DNA of 64,000 nt from assembly GCA_951406725.2 (NCBI GenBank), contig OX597839.1, forward strand, positions 5,580,001-5,644,000, in the 5' to 3' direction. A program made the position numbers and the translations under genes. The notes under the pieces are model-generated. The model was not told where the DNA came from and made no database searches. It saw only the letters and a list, made by a program, of their open reading frames with translations. The stretch's first letter is position 1. Each line of letters opens with the position of its first letter. Source of the stretch: Octopus vulgaris. Taxonomy: Eukaryota. Shown here in pieces: positions 1 to 11,050 of this stretch.

Positions 1-28
1 GCGCCTATACATATACATATACATATAT

Positions 29-192
29 ACGACGGGCTTCTTTCAGTTTCCGTCTACCAAATCCACTCACGAGGCTTTGGTCGGCCCGAGGCTATAGTAG
101 AAGACATTTGACCAAGGTGCCACGCAGTGGGACTGAACCCGGAACCATGTGGTCGGTTAGCAAGCTACTTACCACACAGCCACTCCTGCGCC
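29..192 (-). mobile_element. tRNA-derived SINE family 1, 5' half
   Basis: Reverse complement of GGCGCAGGAGTGGCTGTGTGGTAAG...GGGTTCAGTCCCACTGCGTGGC (Pol III A/B box-like); near-identical to the full copies at 15307, 16497, 19091 and 43062. Confidence 0.9.
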
Positions 193-572
193 TATGACAG
201 AATTCATTACAACATGGTGTCTGAAAAGCCGACAGGGAAGGAATTTATAAGTAGATGCACAGTCAAAATCATTTACTTACAGAAAGATAAGCTGAGAATG
301 TTTAGTTAAAGAATATATTTGTTATTAGTTTGTTTGTTTGTAGTCATTGTATATTTATAGAAATAGAAAGCAATTCAGTTTTAGCAAAAGCAGACCAAGA
401 CGTAATTATAGTCTTCATAATATTATTTATCTCCAAAACGATCTGCTCCGTTTTCCCGTTTTTCTATAAATATATTCTGGCTACAAACAAACATTTTCTA
501 AACTGAAGATTTTCGACTTATCTGATTTTCGTAACAACAAAAACATAACAGTCTTGTGAATTTAAAATGCAA

Positions 573-616
573 AATTGCACTGACGAAACCTGTGAGGTTG
601 AAACGCTTTAGCAATT
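573..616 (+). ncRNA. degenerate minimal type-I hammerhead ribozyme motif (PLE-type)
   Basis: AATTGC-a-CTGACGA-AACC-tgtga-GGTT-GAAAC-gct-TTA-GCAATT; stem I and stem II pair, stem III is damaged. Confidence 0.55.
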
Positions 617-954
617 AAGAAATTATTAATGAAATATAAAATGGATTAACCATATCATTATCTGTTTGTAACACCAATTTGTATTTTCCATCTGTATTAC
701 GGAAAATAATTTATAAAATAAAATATCCTGAAAATTATTGTAATTCATAACATTACGAAAAGTAAATAATGAACGCGGCTGATAGATCAAAGAGTTCATA
801 CACTCGTTTATGAAGCCGGTTTATTATATGCGAAGTTGCTCGCCGCCATATTAATAGTAGTTTATGGAAACAAGCTGAGATGGATACCAAAATTAATGTC
901 GATCTCTATGTGTGTATATGTGAGTACATACAGATATTCATAGCGATCGTAAGA

Positions 955-1375
955 CGGTCAGCTGGCAGAATCGCTAGCACGCCGGACAAGATGCTTAACA
1001 GCATTTCGTCCGTCCTTAATTTCTCAGTTTAAATTATCTTTCACGGTCAATGAAATAAGTACCTATTTCTTTACCACCCTCAAGGAGTTAAACACAGAGG
1101 GGACAAACAAGGACAGTCACACGGATTAAGTCGATTACATCGACCCCAGTGCGTAACTGGTACTTATTTAATCGCCCCCGAAAGGATGAAAGGCAAAGTC
1201 GACCCGGGCGGAATTTAAACTCACAGCGTTACGGCAGACGAAATACCTAAGCATTTCGCCCGGCGCGGTAACGTTTCTGCCAGCTACCTGTGGAGAACTG
1301 GGGTCGATATAACTGCCTTACCTCTTCCCTAAAATTCCTGCCCTACGCCAAAAGTTGCAACCAATATTAGTACAG
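955..1375. mobile_element. SINE family 2, nested copies (older + copy interrupted by a - copy at about 1062-1285)
   Basis: GCTGGCAGAATCGCTAGCACGCCGG head on +, then reverse-complement body (CGACCCCAGTGCGTAACTGGTAC...GAAATACC), then the + tail resumes (ACTGGGGTCGATATAA...). Confidence 0.8.
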
Positions 1376-1724
1376 GAATAAATGACGTTTGAAATGTCAG
1401 CCATGGCGTTAGTATTGTCGTTTAACTATTATAACAAATGCAGATAATACTGTGTGGTTAAGAATATCGCTTCACGACTATGAGTTCCAGGGTTCGATTA
1501 CACTTCGTGGCCTCTTGGAGCATTGCGTTTAGCATAGCCTCACATCACCTCCTGTTTGGCATCCTGATGGATAGGATGTAATTCAAAGCATCCTTCCTCT
1601 CATAATTATGTCATGCTACTTCGAGAATTATGTTAAGAGAAACTTGAAGGGACTTTATATGTATAAACACTCACATACAAACACACATACACATACACAC
1701 ACACACAAACACATACACACATAT

Positions 1725-2148
1725 CTTTTATAATTTGTTTGTTTCAGCCATTAGACTGCAGCCATGCTGGTGCACCGCCTTGAAGAGTTTCTTTTAGTTG
1801 CTTGAATCGACGATAGTACTAATTCTATCAGTCACATTTGCCGAACCACTAAGATACGGGAACATAAACACACCAACACCGGTTTCAAGTGGTGCTGGGG
1901 GGAAAAGGCACAGACACAACGACACACACAGATATATATACATATATGTGTGTTTGTGTATGTATGTGTGTGGTGGGGGGTTTACACGACGGCTTCTTTC
2001 AGCTTCTGTCTACCTAATCCACTGGCAAAGCTTTGGCTGACTCGAGACTATAGTAGAAGACATTTGCCTAAGGTGCCACACAGTGGGACTGAACCCGGTA
2101 CCTTGTGCTTGAGAAGCACACTTGTTACCACACAGCCACACCTGCGCC
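1725..2148 (-). mobile_element. SINE family 1, diverged full-length copy
   Basis: Head, internal TA/TG tract and 3' tail (CCATGCTGGTGCACCGCC) all present as reverse complement. Confidence 0.8.
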
Positions 2149-2236
2149 TATTTACGCTAATAGTAAGGGGTGTCTAACACCACGTCTACCCGCTTTAGCA
2201 ATTACTAATAATACTAATAATGTAATATTTCTAGTG

Positions 2237-2291
<55 letters not shown>

Positions 2292-2316
2292 AACCCACCT
2301 CTCGTTTTCCTTTCCC

Positions 2317-2755
2317 GGATCTTTTCGGTTTGAACGGCAGTTTTTTCTAGCGGTGTCATATGAAATTGTCACCCATAATTATGACCCTAGTAACGATCTA
2401 TTGCATTTCAATCTGTTTTAGGGTTAGAGTTAGTTAGGGTTAGGGTTAGGGTTAGGGGTGGGGGAAGGGTATCTTTTTTTATTCACAAATGTAAATAAAC
2501 CCAATCTGTTTCTTAAACGAGGGACATATTCATACAGCACAGAATATTTTTTACCTCAACAGACGTCAGTGATTGGTTGAAATTGCAGAAATTGAAGAAA
2601 AAAACAACAACAAATATCTTACAAACTATAAAATTTTCTCAATAAAGCCAAGAGAAAAAGATGTTTTATAAACACATTCTACCAGTATACGAAGTTCAAA
2701 ATTTTTAGTTACTTAGAAATTATGTTAAAAACTGCCGTTCAAACCGAAAGGATCC
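2317..2755. mobile_element. non-autonomous DNA transposon (MITE) with internal TTAGGG repeats, 8-bp TSD
   Basis: TIR GGATCTTTTCGGTTTGAACGGCAGTTTT / AAAACTGCCGTTCAAACCGAAAGGATCC; TSD CCTTTCCC at 2309-2316 and 2756-2763; copies at 17957 and 50304. Confidence 0.92.
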
Positions 2756-2773
2756 CCTTTCCCTGTTTTGTAT

Positions 2774-2861
2774 GTGTTTTACTCAGTCAGAAACACACAA
2801 AAATTGTGATGGTGGTAGTGTTAGTAGTAGCAGCAGCAGCAGCTGCAGTAGTAGTAGTAGC

Positions 2862-2913
<52 letters not shown>

Positions 2914-3063
2914 TGGTGGTGGTGGTGGTGGTAGTAGTAGTGGTAGTAGTAGTGGTGGTATTAGTATTAGTGGTAGTAGTTGTAGTAGTAGTGTTTTACT
3001 CAGTCAGAAACACACAAAAATTGTGATGGTGGTAGTGTTAGTAGTAGCAGTAGCAGCAGCTGC

Positions 3064-3119
<56 letters not shown>

Positions 3120-3141
3120 CAGCAGTAGTAGTAGTAGTAGT
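2774..3141. repeat. (GTA/GCA)n microsatellite duplicated as an ~217-bp unit
   Basis: Anchor GTGTTTTACTCAGTCAGAAACACACAAAAATTGTGATGG occurs at ~2774 and ~2991. Confidence 0.85.
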
Positions 3142-3734
3142 CAAAGAACTTTTGCCAATATGTATAAATCATTTCGAAAGTGAAGCAGAATGGAAATACT
3201 GGCAGCCATCAGACTGAAGTTGAATGTGATTTTGGAATTGGCTATTGATAAATCGAGGAAGTTTATAAAGAATAATGGAATAAGTGATTACGAGAATGAT
3301 GAAAGATGAAGGTAAATGTCAAGGTGAAGCAAGTTTTAAAAAAAGAGAAATAGCTAGCTGAAGAATAACAGAAGAGAGATACTTGGCTGTTAGGAAAATA
3401 ATATTAGAATGTGAGAATGAAGAAATTAACTAGAGAAGAAATAATAAAACGCAATAACGGATCGATTGTATGACGATAAGGGCGGAATGAGACATTAAGG
3501 GAATAATAAAGGAAAAGATTAATGGAATAAAAAATTTGCCTATAGGGAAACAAGTAGAGTTACCTGGACAAGAGGCTTGTATCCTATTAACGTTTTAACC
3601 ATCATGGTTTCGATTCTTCTGTGTGTCATCTTGGGCATCTGCAATTTTCTTTCGTGTTATGAAAGTTGCTAGACGGAAACTGTGTATAGTTCACTTCTCT
3701 GTGCTGTGTGTCTGTGTGTCCATTGTGTATTTAA

Positions 3735-3779
<45 letters not shown>

Positions 3780-3780
<1 letters not shown>

Positions 3781-4107
3781 TTTATTTTAAGCAGCAGAAA
3801 ATTCAACAAAATCTGTTACTCTGAGTTTCTCGTTGCCGTTCATCAGACAGTTTTTGTTAGAATGGAACTTATATATTAATTCAATCTATACTCTTACAAA
3901 CGCTACACCTTTAAAAAGAAATAAGAGTATAGATTGAATTAATATATAAGTTCCATTCTAACAAAAACTGTCTGATGAACCGCAACGAGAAACTCAGAGT
4001 AACAGATTTTGTTGAATTTTCTGCTGCTTAAAATAAAGCATATTACTCTACCACTGGTATTTGAGTACTCTTTTTTCCGCCTTGTTTCACATTTATGTGT
4101 TTACTCC

Positions 4108-4110
<3 letters not shown>
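3780..4110 (+). mobile_element. PLE-derived non-autonomous element with an ~117-bp inverted repeat and a hammerhead motif in each arm
   Basis: 3780-3896 is the reverse complement of 3922-4038; flanked by (TA)n; same family at 33826-34000. Confidence 0.8.
3960..4013 (+). ncRNA. minimal type-I hammerhead ribozyme motif
   Basis: AACAAAAACTGT-CTGATGA-accgcaacga-GAAAC-TCAGAG-TA-ACAGATTTTGTT; 11/12 bp stem I, near-palindromic stem III ACTC-a-GAGT, GUA site; mirror copy on - at 3805-3858. Confidence 0.75.
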
Positions 4111-4136
<26 letters not shown>

Positions 4137-4141
<5 letters not shown>

Positions 4142-4252
4142 AAATCAGAAAATGGGGAAATACATCTAAATCATTAATCAACTACCAGATAATACCCTAT
4201 CTGGTAGTTGATTAATGATTTAGATGTATTTCTCCATTTTCTGATTTTGTAT
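4137..4252. repeat. near-perfect inverted repeat (54-bp arms, 8-nt loop)
   Basis: ATACAAAATCAGAAAATGGGGAAATAC...CCAGAT aataccct ATCTGG...TTCTGATTTTGTAT; one G:T mismatch. Confidence 0.9.
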
Positions 4253-4401
4253 TATTAATTTATGGTAAAAATAATTTTACCTTTGCCCTGCATCGCAATT
4301 CTTAACATTTATGTATTAACTTTATTGGGTACTTCACTAGCAGTATATTGGATATATGTTATCCCATGGAGGGTTGCATTTCCAAACCCTATCTTAATTT
4401 G

Positions 4402-4453
<52 letters not shown>

Positions 4454-4454
<1 letters not shown>

Positions 4455-4648
4455 GGAGAGTTTACGAATAAAACAAAAGACGAAGACAGGTGGTGTACAA
4501 AACAAACAGATGTATTAGTATAACGCTCAGGAATAGAAAAAGTATTTTACGTTTCGAGCCTACGCTCTTCTACAGAAAGGGACACAGAAAAACAAGGAGA
4601 GAAACAAGGAGAGAGAAAAAAATGTGTGTAGTGGCTGACGATCTATAT
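4454..4648 (-). mobile_element. short (~190 bp) microsatellite-embedded element, family A, with a variant hammerhead motif at 4545-4578
   Basis: Reverse complement TTT-CTGTAGA-A-GAGC-gtag-GCTC-GAAAC-GTA-AAA; copies at ~37450-37545 (partial) and ~45283-45455. Confidence 0.7.
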
Positions 4649-4661
4649 AGATAGATAGACA

Positions 4662-4805
4662 GGCGTGGATGCGTGTTATGAAGCTTGCTTCCTAACCACA
4701 TGGTTCCTGGTTCAAAACTTGGGCAAGTGTCTTCTACTATAATCTCGGGCCGACCAACGCCTTGTTAGCGGATTTGGTAGATGGAAACTGAAAGAAACCT
4801 GTCGT
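4662..4805 (+). mobile_element. SINE family 1, diverged 5' half
   Basis: CTTGGGCAAGTGTCTTCTACTAT...GATTTGGTAGATGGAAACTGAAAGAAACCTGTCG. Confidence 0.75.
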
Positions 4806-4810
4806 GCATA

Positions 4811-4844
<34 letters not shown>

Positions 4845-4867
4845 GTGTGTGTTTCTGTAGTTGCCCC

Positions 4868-4999
4868 CACATCAAAGCGAGACAAAAACAGCTTAGGAAA
4901 TGATTCAAGAGAGAAAGCATGATGCATTCCTGCCTTATTAGGCCTCATAAGGCAGGAATGCATCATGATTTCTCTCTGTCTTTGTCTCGCTTTGATGTG
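4868..4999. repeat. nested palindrome/fold-back element
   Basis: Outer arms CACATCAAAGCGAGACAAA / TTTGTCTCGCTTTGATGTG; the inner 70 bp (4908-4977) is almost perfectly self-complementary. Confidence 0.85.
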
Positions 5000-6044
5000 T
5001 ATCTTAGTTTATACACAGCATGCTTATGAAGAGAGCTTTCCTCAGATGGAAACCACTACATCATGTCCTTCAACGTTGTGTATATATTTTGAGTATGGTA
5101 CATAGATAGCTATTTTAATTTAATACTGTTTCAGCTACGTAGAGGAAGTATGTGTGTGTGTGTGGTGGGGTTGTATGTGTTGTCAGTGTGTGGAAGAAAA
5201 ATACTTTACAAGTCTGTCCCTTATATTCACTTTTTACTCCCTCTGCGATTGTGACTTTGGTCGCGTTAAAATCGATAATACAATTACCAATCATAATAGT
5301 GCAGCTTGTATAATCGATTAAAACCTTTTATGATGCTGTTCCAGCATGGCCGCGATCTAATGATTGAAAGTAATAAAAGTACAAAGTAATGAAAGAATGA
5401 AGATAACTCTAGTATGGGAGAATAAGGGAATATAATAACGAAGAAAAGAGATAAGAGAATAAAGTATTTGTGTTATGAAGATAACAGCAGAAGGAATAAA
5501 TGAGGGAATATAAGGAAGAAATGTTACAATAGAATTAAAATTAATAAAATGCATTTGTTGATGATGAATGGAATAATAGAATATTGGAATAAAATAATGG
5601 ATGGACAGGATAGAGAGAAAATGTCGGCAAAACTGCATTGGTTGTGAGAAATGTTATCCTTCAAGACGTAAATGGAATTTATGATTAAACGAATGCGAAA
5701 TACGAAATAACATTAAAATAGAATGAGAAAGGAAGATTAACTAGAAAGTGTTTGAGAATGGAATCATACATGAAGAGATTCAGGATACATGAATGAGATA
5801 TTATTAACAGAGTGATGAAGAATTGCTGAGGAAATCGAGGAAATCGAATCAAAATAAATGATTAATAGGTGCCGAATTAGAAGAGTTGGTAGAGCGTCGG
5901 ATTCGGATAAAATATCTTGGTGGTATTGGTATTGGTATTGGTTCCTCTGAACTCTCGGTTGAAATCTCGTCAATTATTTTTTTTGCCTTTAATTTTAATT
6001 TTGGAAGGAACCGATATAAAACTAGCAAAGAACTAGAAACAATT

Positions 6045-6285
6045 CTCTCTCTTCATCTCTCTCTCTCTCTCCATCTCTCTCTCCATCTCTCCCCCCTCTC
6101 TCTCCATCTCTCTCCATCTCTCTCTCCATCTCTCTCTCTCTCTCTCTCCATCTCTCTCTCTCTCTCTCTCCCCCCTCTCTCTCCCCCTCTCTCTCCATCT
6201 CTCCCTCTCTCTCCATCTCTCTCCATCTCTCTCTCCATCTCTCTCGCTCCATCTCTCTCCATCTCTCATTCCACCTCTCTCTTTC
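6045..6285. repeat. (TC)n/(CTCTCTCCAT)n pyrimidine tract
   Basis: Direct reading. Confidence 0.9.
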
Positions 6286-6591
6286 TGTTGTGACCCTCGT
6301 AGTTGTATAAGTGCAAACACAAGACATTTGCACAACGGATGAGAGCGAATGGTTGAAGTGCTTTTGGAAATAAATCTTCGCCAAAATGAGTGGAATGGCA
6401 GTCTTTGGGAAATGGTTTAAGCAGAAACAGCATTCGGACAAACAGTTTGGGGTAGTAGCGTTAGAAGATGCAAAAAGAGGGAGCCGTGTTATGTGTTGGT
6501 GAGTAATTTATTGCTAAATCTGTGGGATGGTTTCCTTTGGTAACAAAAATATGGCATGAGGTATTACTGCACAAGAGCATAAACATCTGTT

Positions 6592-7152
6592 GAAGAAGAA
6601 GAAGAAGAAGAAGAAGAAGAAGAAGAAGAAGAAGAAGAAGAAGAAGAAGAAGAAGAAGAAGAAGAAGAAGCGGGAGGAGAAGGAGGAAGCAGAAGTGGGA
6701 AAAAAGGAACTAGAAAGAGAGGAGGAAGTAGAATAAAAGAAGAAAAGGCGGGGAAGAAGGAGGAAATGGAGAGGAAGGGGAAGGAGGAGGAAGAGGAAGC
6801 AGAAGTGGAAGAAGAGGTAGTAGAGGAGAGCAGGACTAAGAAGAAGAAGAAAAGAAGAGAAGGTGGGGAGAAGAAGGAAGTAGAGAGGAAAGGGAAGAAG
6901 GAGGTGGAAGAGAAGGATGAAGAGAATGAGGGGGAGTATGAGGAGGATGAAGAGGAAGCAGAAGTGGAAGAAGAGGAAGTATAGGAGAGCAGGACTAAGA
7001 AGAAGAAGAAAAGAAGAGAAGGTGGGGGAGAAGAAGGAAGTAGAGAGGAAAGGGAAGAAGGAGGTGGAAGAGAAGGATGAAGAGAATGAGGAGGAAGTGG
7101 AAGAGGAAGCAGAAGTAGAAGGAGATGAACTAGAGAAGAGAAGGAAGAAGGA

Positions 7153-7183
<31 letters not shown>

Positions 7184-7210
7184 AAGAAGAAGAAGGAGAA
7201 GAAGAAAAAA
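6592..7210. repeat. (GAA)n purine tract with an internal ~160-bp tandem duplication
   Basis: GAAGAGGAAGCAGAAGTGGAAGAAGAGG...GGAGAGCAGGACTAAGAAG repeated at ~6790 and ~6950. Confidence 0.9.
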
Positions 7211-8177
7211 AGAACAACACTCGTGGTAGCAGGAATAATTACAAAAACAACTGCAGCAGCAAAAAACAGCAAAAATTACAATAAAATGATGAGCTGCAAC
7301 AGAAACAACAATAACAACAACAGCAGCAACAACAACAACAACAACATCATATGAAACAGGTGCAACAGAAATAGAACCCGCTGCAACAACTGTAATAGCA
7401 GCAGCAGCAGCAGCAGCAGCAGAAGCCAGAACAACAAGAGCAGCAGTAACAACTGCATTTGCAGCAGCAGCGCCAACGGTAGCAGCAGCAAAGACGGCAC
7501 TAGCAGCAGCAGCAGCAGCAGCAGCAGCACAAGCAGCGCCAACGCCGACAGACAGTTACAAGAAGAAGAACATTGACAGTAGTAAAAGCACCATATGCTG
7601 CAGCAACTGCAGCTGCAAAAACAGCAGCAGCAGCCGCAGTAGTAGCAGCAGCGGTACCGTCCCGTATTAGAAGAAAGAATTAATGGATTAATTGAAGCAA
7701 GGAAAAAGTGATTATGGAATGACTGAATACTAGAATAAAAATGTTGATTTAATAGATTACCGGAATAATACTGGATTGTTGGAATGAAGAAAATATTGTA
7801 GAGAGAAAAAAAAAAGTATGTGAATAAATTGGAATAACTGCTACTACAAGATGGTGGGGAGAAGAAACGGATTACAGATTAAAGGAATGAAGGAATTAAA
7901 AGCAAAATGGGATTTGGGATTAAAATACAATGAAATAAAATAAGTGGAGCGGAAATGGAATGGTATTTTATAATGGTTTAATCAAGCAGGGACTCATTGC
8001 TCTTGACTTTTTTTTTAAGGGATTCATCCAAAGATGGAAGGGAGGATGGGGACAAGTTATCTTCAAAGCTGTGATGCTGTAAGAGAATGGACTCTTAGCG
8101 ACACTCAAGAGGCAGTGGTGAGCTCAAAAAAAACTAAATCTGTTTGTGAAACCCACAAACAGATAGAATATATATAT

Positions 8178-8386
8178 AGTTAATCCAAACAAGAAAGCAC
8201 CAAAAAAAAAACACAACAACGCGAGGACGTGAAATAAATATAATATTATTGGACGCTCGGAAAAGAAGGCAAGAAGGAGGGTTTAACGTTTCGAGCGGAG
8301 CTCTTCGTCGGAAACATAGGAGAATGAAAGATCCAGAGAAGGGAAGACAGAGGAAGAAAAATCGGCAACGGTACACACGAGGTCAC

Positions 8387-8387
<1 letters not shown>
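8178..8387 (-). mobile_element. short (~210 bp) (TA)n-embedded element, family B, with a variant hammerhead motif at 8281-8315
   Basis: Reverse complement GTTT-CCGACGA-A-GAGC-tcc-GCTC-GAAAC-GTT-AAAC; + copy at 20757-20963; degenerate copy at ~57370-57540. Confidence 0.75.
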
Positions 8388-8469
<82 letters not shown>

Positions 8470-8619
8470 TGTGCTTGTGTTTGTGCCCCACCACTACTTG
8501 ACAACTGGTGCTGGAGTGTTTGTCTTCGTAATCTAGCGGTTCGGCAAAAAGTAACCGATAGAGTTTGAATTACTACCCAAGTAGGTCATGCCAGACTTTG
8601 AACATGGAATATAAAGAGG

Positions 8620-8769
8620 ATTGGCCGTGTGGTAAGAAGCTTGCTTCCCAACCCGTCCTGGGTTCAGTCCCACTGCGTGGTATCTTGGGTAAATGTTTTC
8701 TATTATAGCTTGGGACCAACCAATGACTTGAAAGCGGATTTGGGTAGACGAAAGCTGAAACAAGCCCGT

Positions 8770-8771
<2 letters not shown>
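8620..8771 (+). mobile_element. SINE family 1, diverged 5' half
   Basis: TGGCCGTGTGGTAAGAAGCTTGCTTCCCAAC...GGGTTCAGTCCCACTGCGTGG. Confidence 0.75.
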
Positions 8772-8834
<63 letters not shown>

Positions 8835-8835
8835 G

Positions 8836-9236
8836 TTCTTTACTGCCCACAAGGGGCTAAACATAGAGGGGACAAACAAGGACAGACAAACGGATCAAGT
8901 CGATTACATCGACACCAGTGCGAAACTGGCACTTTATTTATCGACCCGAAAGGATGAAAGGTAAAGTCAACCTCGGCGGAATTTGAACTCAGAACGTAAC
9001 GACAGACGAAATACCTTTATTACCCACAATGGGCTAAACACAGAGGGGACAAACACGGACAGACAAAGGGATTAAGTCGATTACATCGATCCCAGAGCGA
9101 AACTGGTACTTTATTTATCTACCCCTAAAAGATGAAAGGCAAAGTCGACCTCGGCGGAATTTGAACTCAGAACGTAACGACAGACGAAATACCGCAAAGC
9201 ATTTCGCTCGGCGCGCTAACGTTTCTGCCAGCTCGC
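8836..9236 (-). mobile_element. SINE family 2, head plus duplicated body (dimer)
   Basis: Two tandem ~180-bp units ending in GCGCTAACGTTTCTGCCAGCTCGC. Confidence 0.9.
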
Positions 9237-9769
9237 AAGCCCACTCTTTACCAAAGACCTAGAGGTCGCAACAGTCGATCACTGAAACCATACTTGCTTT
9301 TATCAATCTCCTACAAAGGTGAAATAACAGCTAACCTCGGCGAGATTCGATCTTAGAACACTAGAACCCAACATCAATAAATATGACTCTAACGGCTCTA
9401 CCAATTCGCTGCCTATTAGAATAATGAAGGCAGCCCAAGGATGATTGGGAATTAGGGTTAATAGAATCGAATAGAATGAAGGCAGTGAAGGAAAGAGAAC
9501 AAGGAAAGAAGATAAAAAAATAAAACGAACACAGAATTAGAGAATAATGGAATGAATATTGTCGGAGCTTCAATTGAATAAAGAGATTAATAAAATTAAG
9601 GAATTCTTGAAATAATGGCATTAGCAGATTAATGGAATGACGATGTTGTAGGAAGAACGGAATTACAGATTAAATAAAAAGGAAATGGCAGAATAGATTA
9701 GATGAACGAAGAAATTGAAAGAGGAAAGATTTGGTAGAGGGGATCGGTATGATTTCAATGGAGCATGTG

Positions 9770-9815
9770 CAAGTACGCATGCGTGCATGCATGCAGATGC
9801 ATGTACATGTCTATG

Positions 9816-9862
<47 letters not shown>

Positions 9863-10558
9863 ATATATGTATATATATATGTATATATATATATATGTAT
9901 GTATGTATATATATATATGTATGTATATATGTATGTATATATGTATGTATATATATATATATGCATGTATATATGTATGTATATATACATGTATATATGT
10001 ATCCATATATATGCACGTATATATGTACAGATATATGTACATATGCATATATATATATATATGCATGTACATGTGTATGTATGTGTATATATATGTGTAT
10101 ATATATAAATATATATATATATATATGTATATATATATGTATATATGTATATATACATATATATGCATATATATATGTACATGTGTATATATATATGTGC
10201 ATGTATATGTTTATGTCTCTATGTGTGTGTTCGTATGCGTATGTTTCTGTGATTATGTGTGCATGTGTGAATGTGCGCGTGTGTGGTGCAAATGCCTTCC
10301 ATGTGTATGACATTTGTCATGATATTTTGGGACACGAATGATTTATCACGCATATTTCTGTGGGTATGTATGTATGTGTGTGAAAGTGTGTGTGTATGTT
10401 TGCACATACGGACACACAGACACATATTATATGTATATATGGAGACATAGATTTATATATATTGGATGAGTGTATGTAAATATAGGTATGTACAGAGAAA
10501 GGCAGAGACATAAACAGATTGACAGATGGATATATATATATATATATATATATATATC

Positions 10559-10595
<37 letters not shown>

Positions 10596-10662
10596 TGAGT
10601 TACGCAGATAGTTTGGTAGGTATAAAATAGATAGATAGATAGATAGATAGATAGATGAGGAC

Positions 10663-10695
<33 letters not shown>

Positions 10696-10700
10696 GAGAC

Positions 10701-10791
<91 letters not shown>

Positions 10792-10824
10792 CGGAGGCAT
10801 GAAAAATATTCAATTACAGTATGT

Positions 10825-10920
<96 letters not shown>

Positions 10921-11050
10921 TGTATATGTATATATATATATATATGTATATACATACATGTTTATATATACACATTATATATATATATATACATATAGAG
11001 AGAGAGACACACATATATGTATATATATACATATGCATACATGCATGATG
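9770..11050. repeat. compound (TA)n/(TATG)n/(GA)n/(TAGA)n/(TG)n microsatellite field
   Basis: Direct reading. Confidence 0.9.

Noticed and set aside
2418-2470. Telomere or chromosome-fusion scar
   Set aside because: The TTAGGG units are internal to a repeated TIR element
6514-7542. Long E/K-rich and F/S-rich ORFs
   Set aside because: (GAA)n/(CAG)n low complexity; the duplicated unit is 160 bp (not a multiple of 3) and contains a stop
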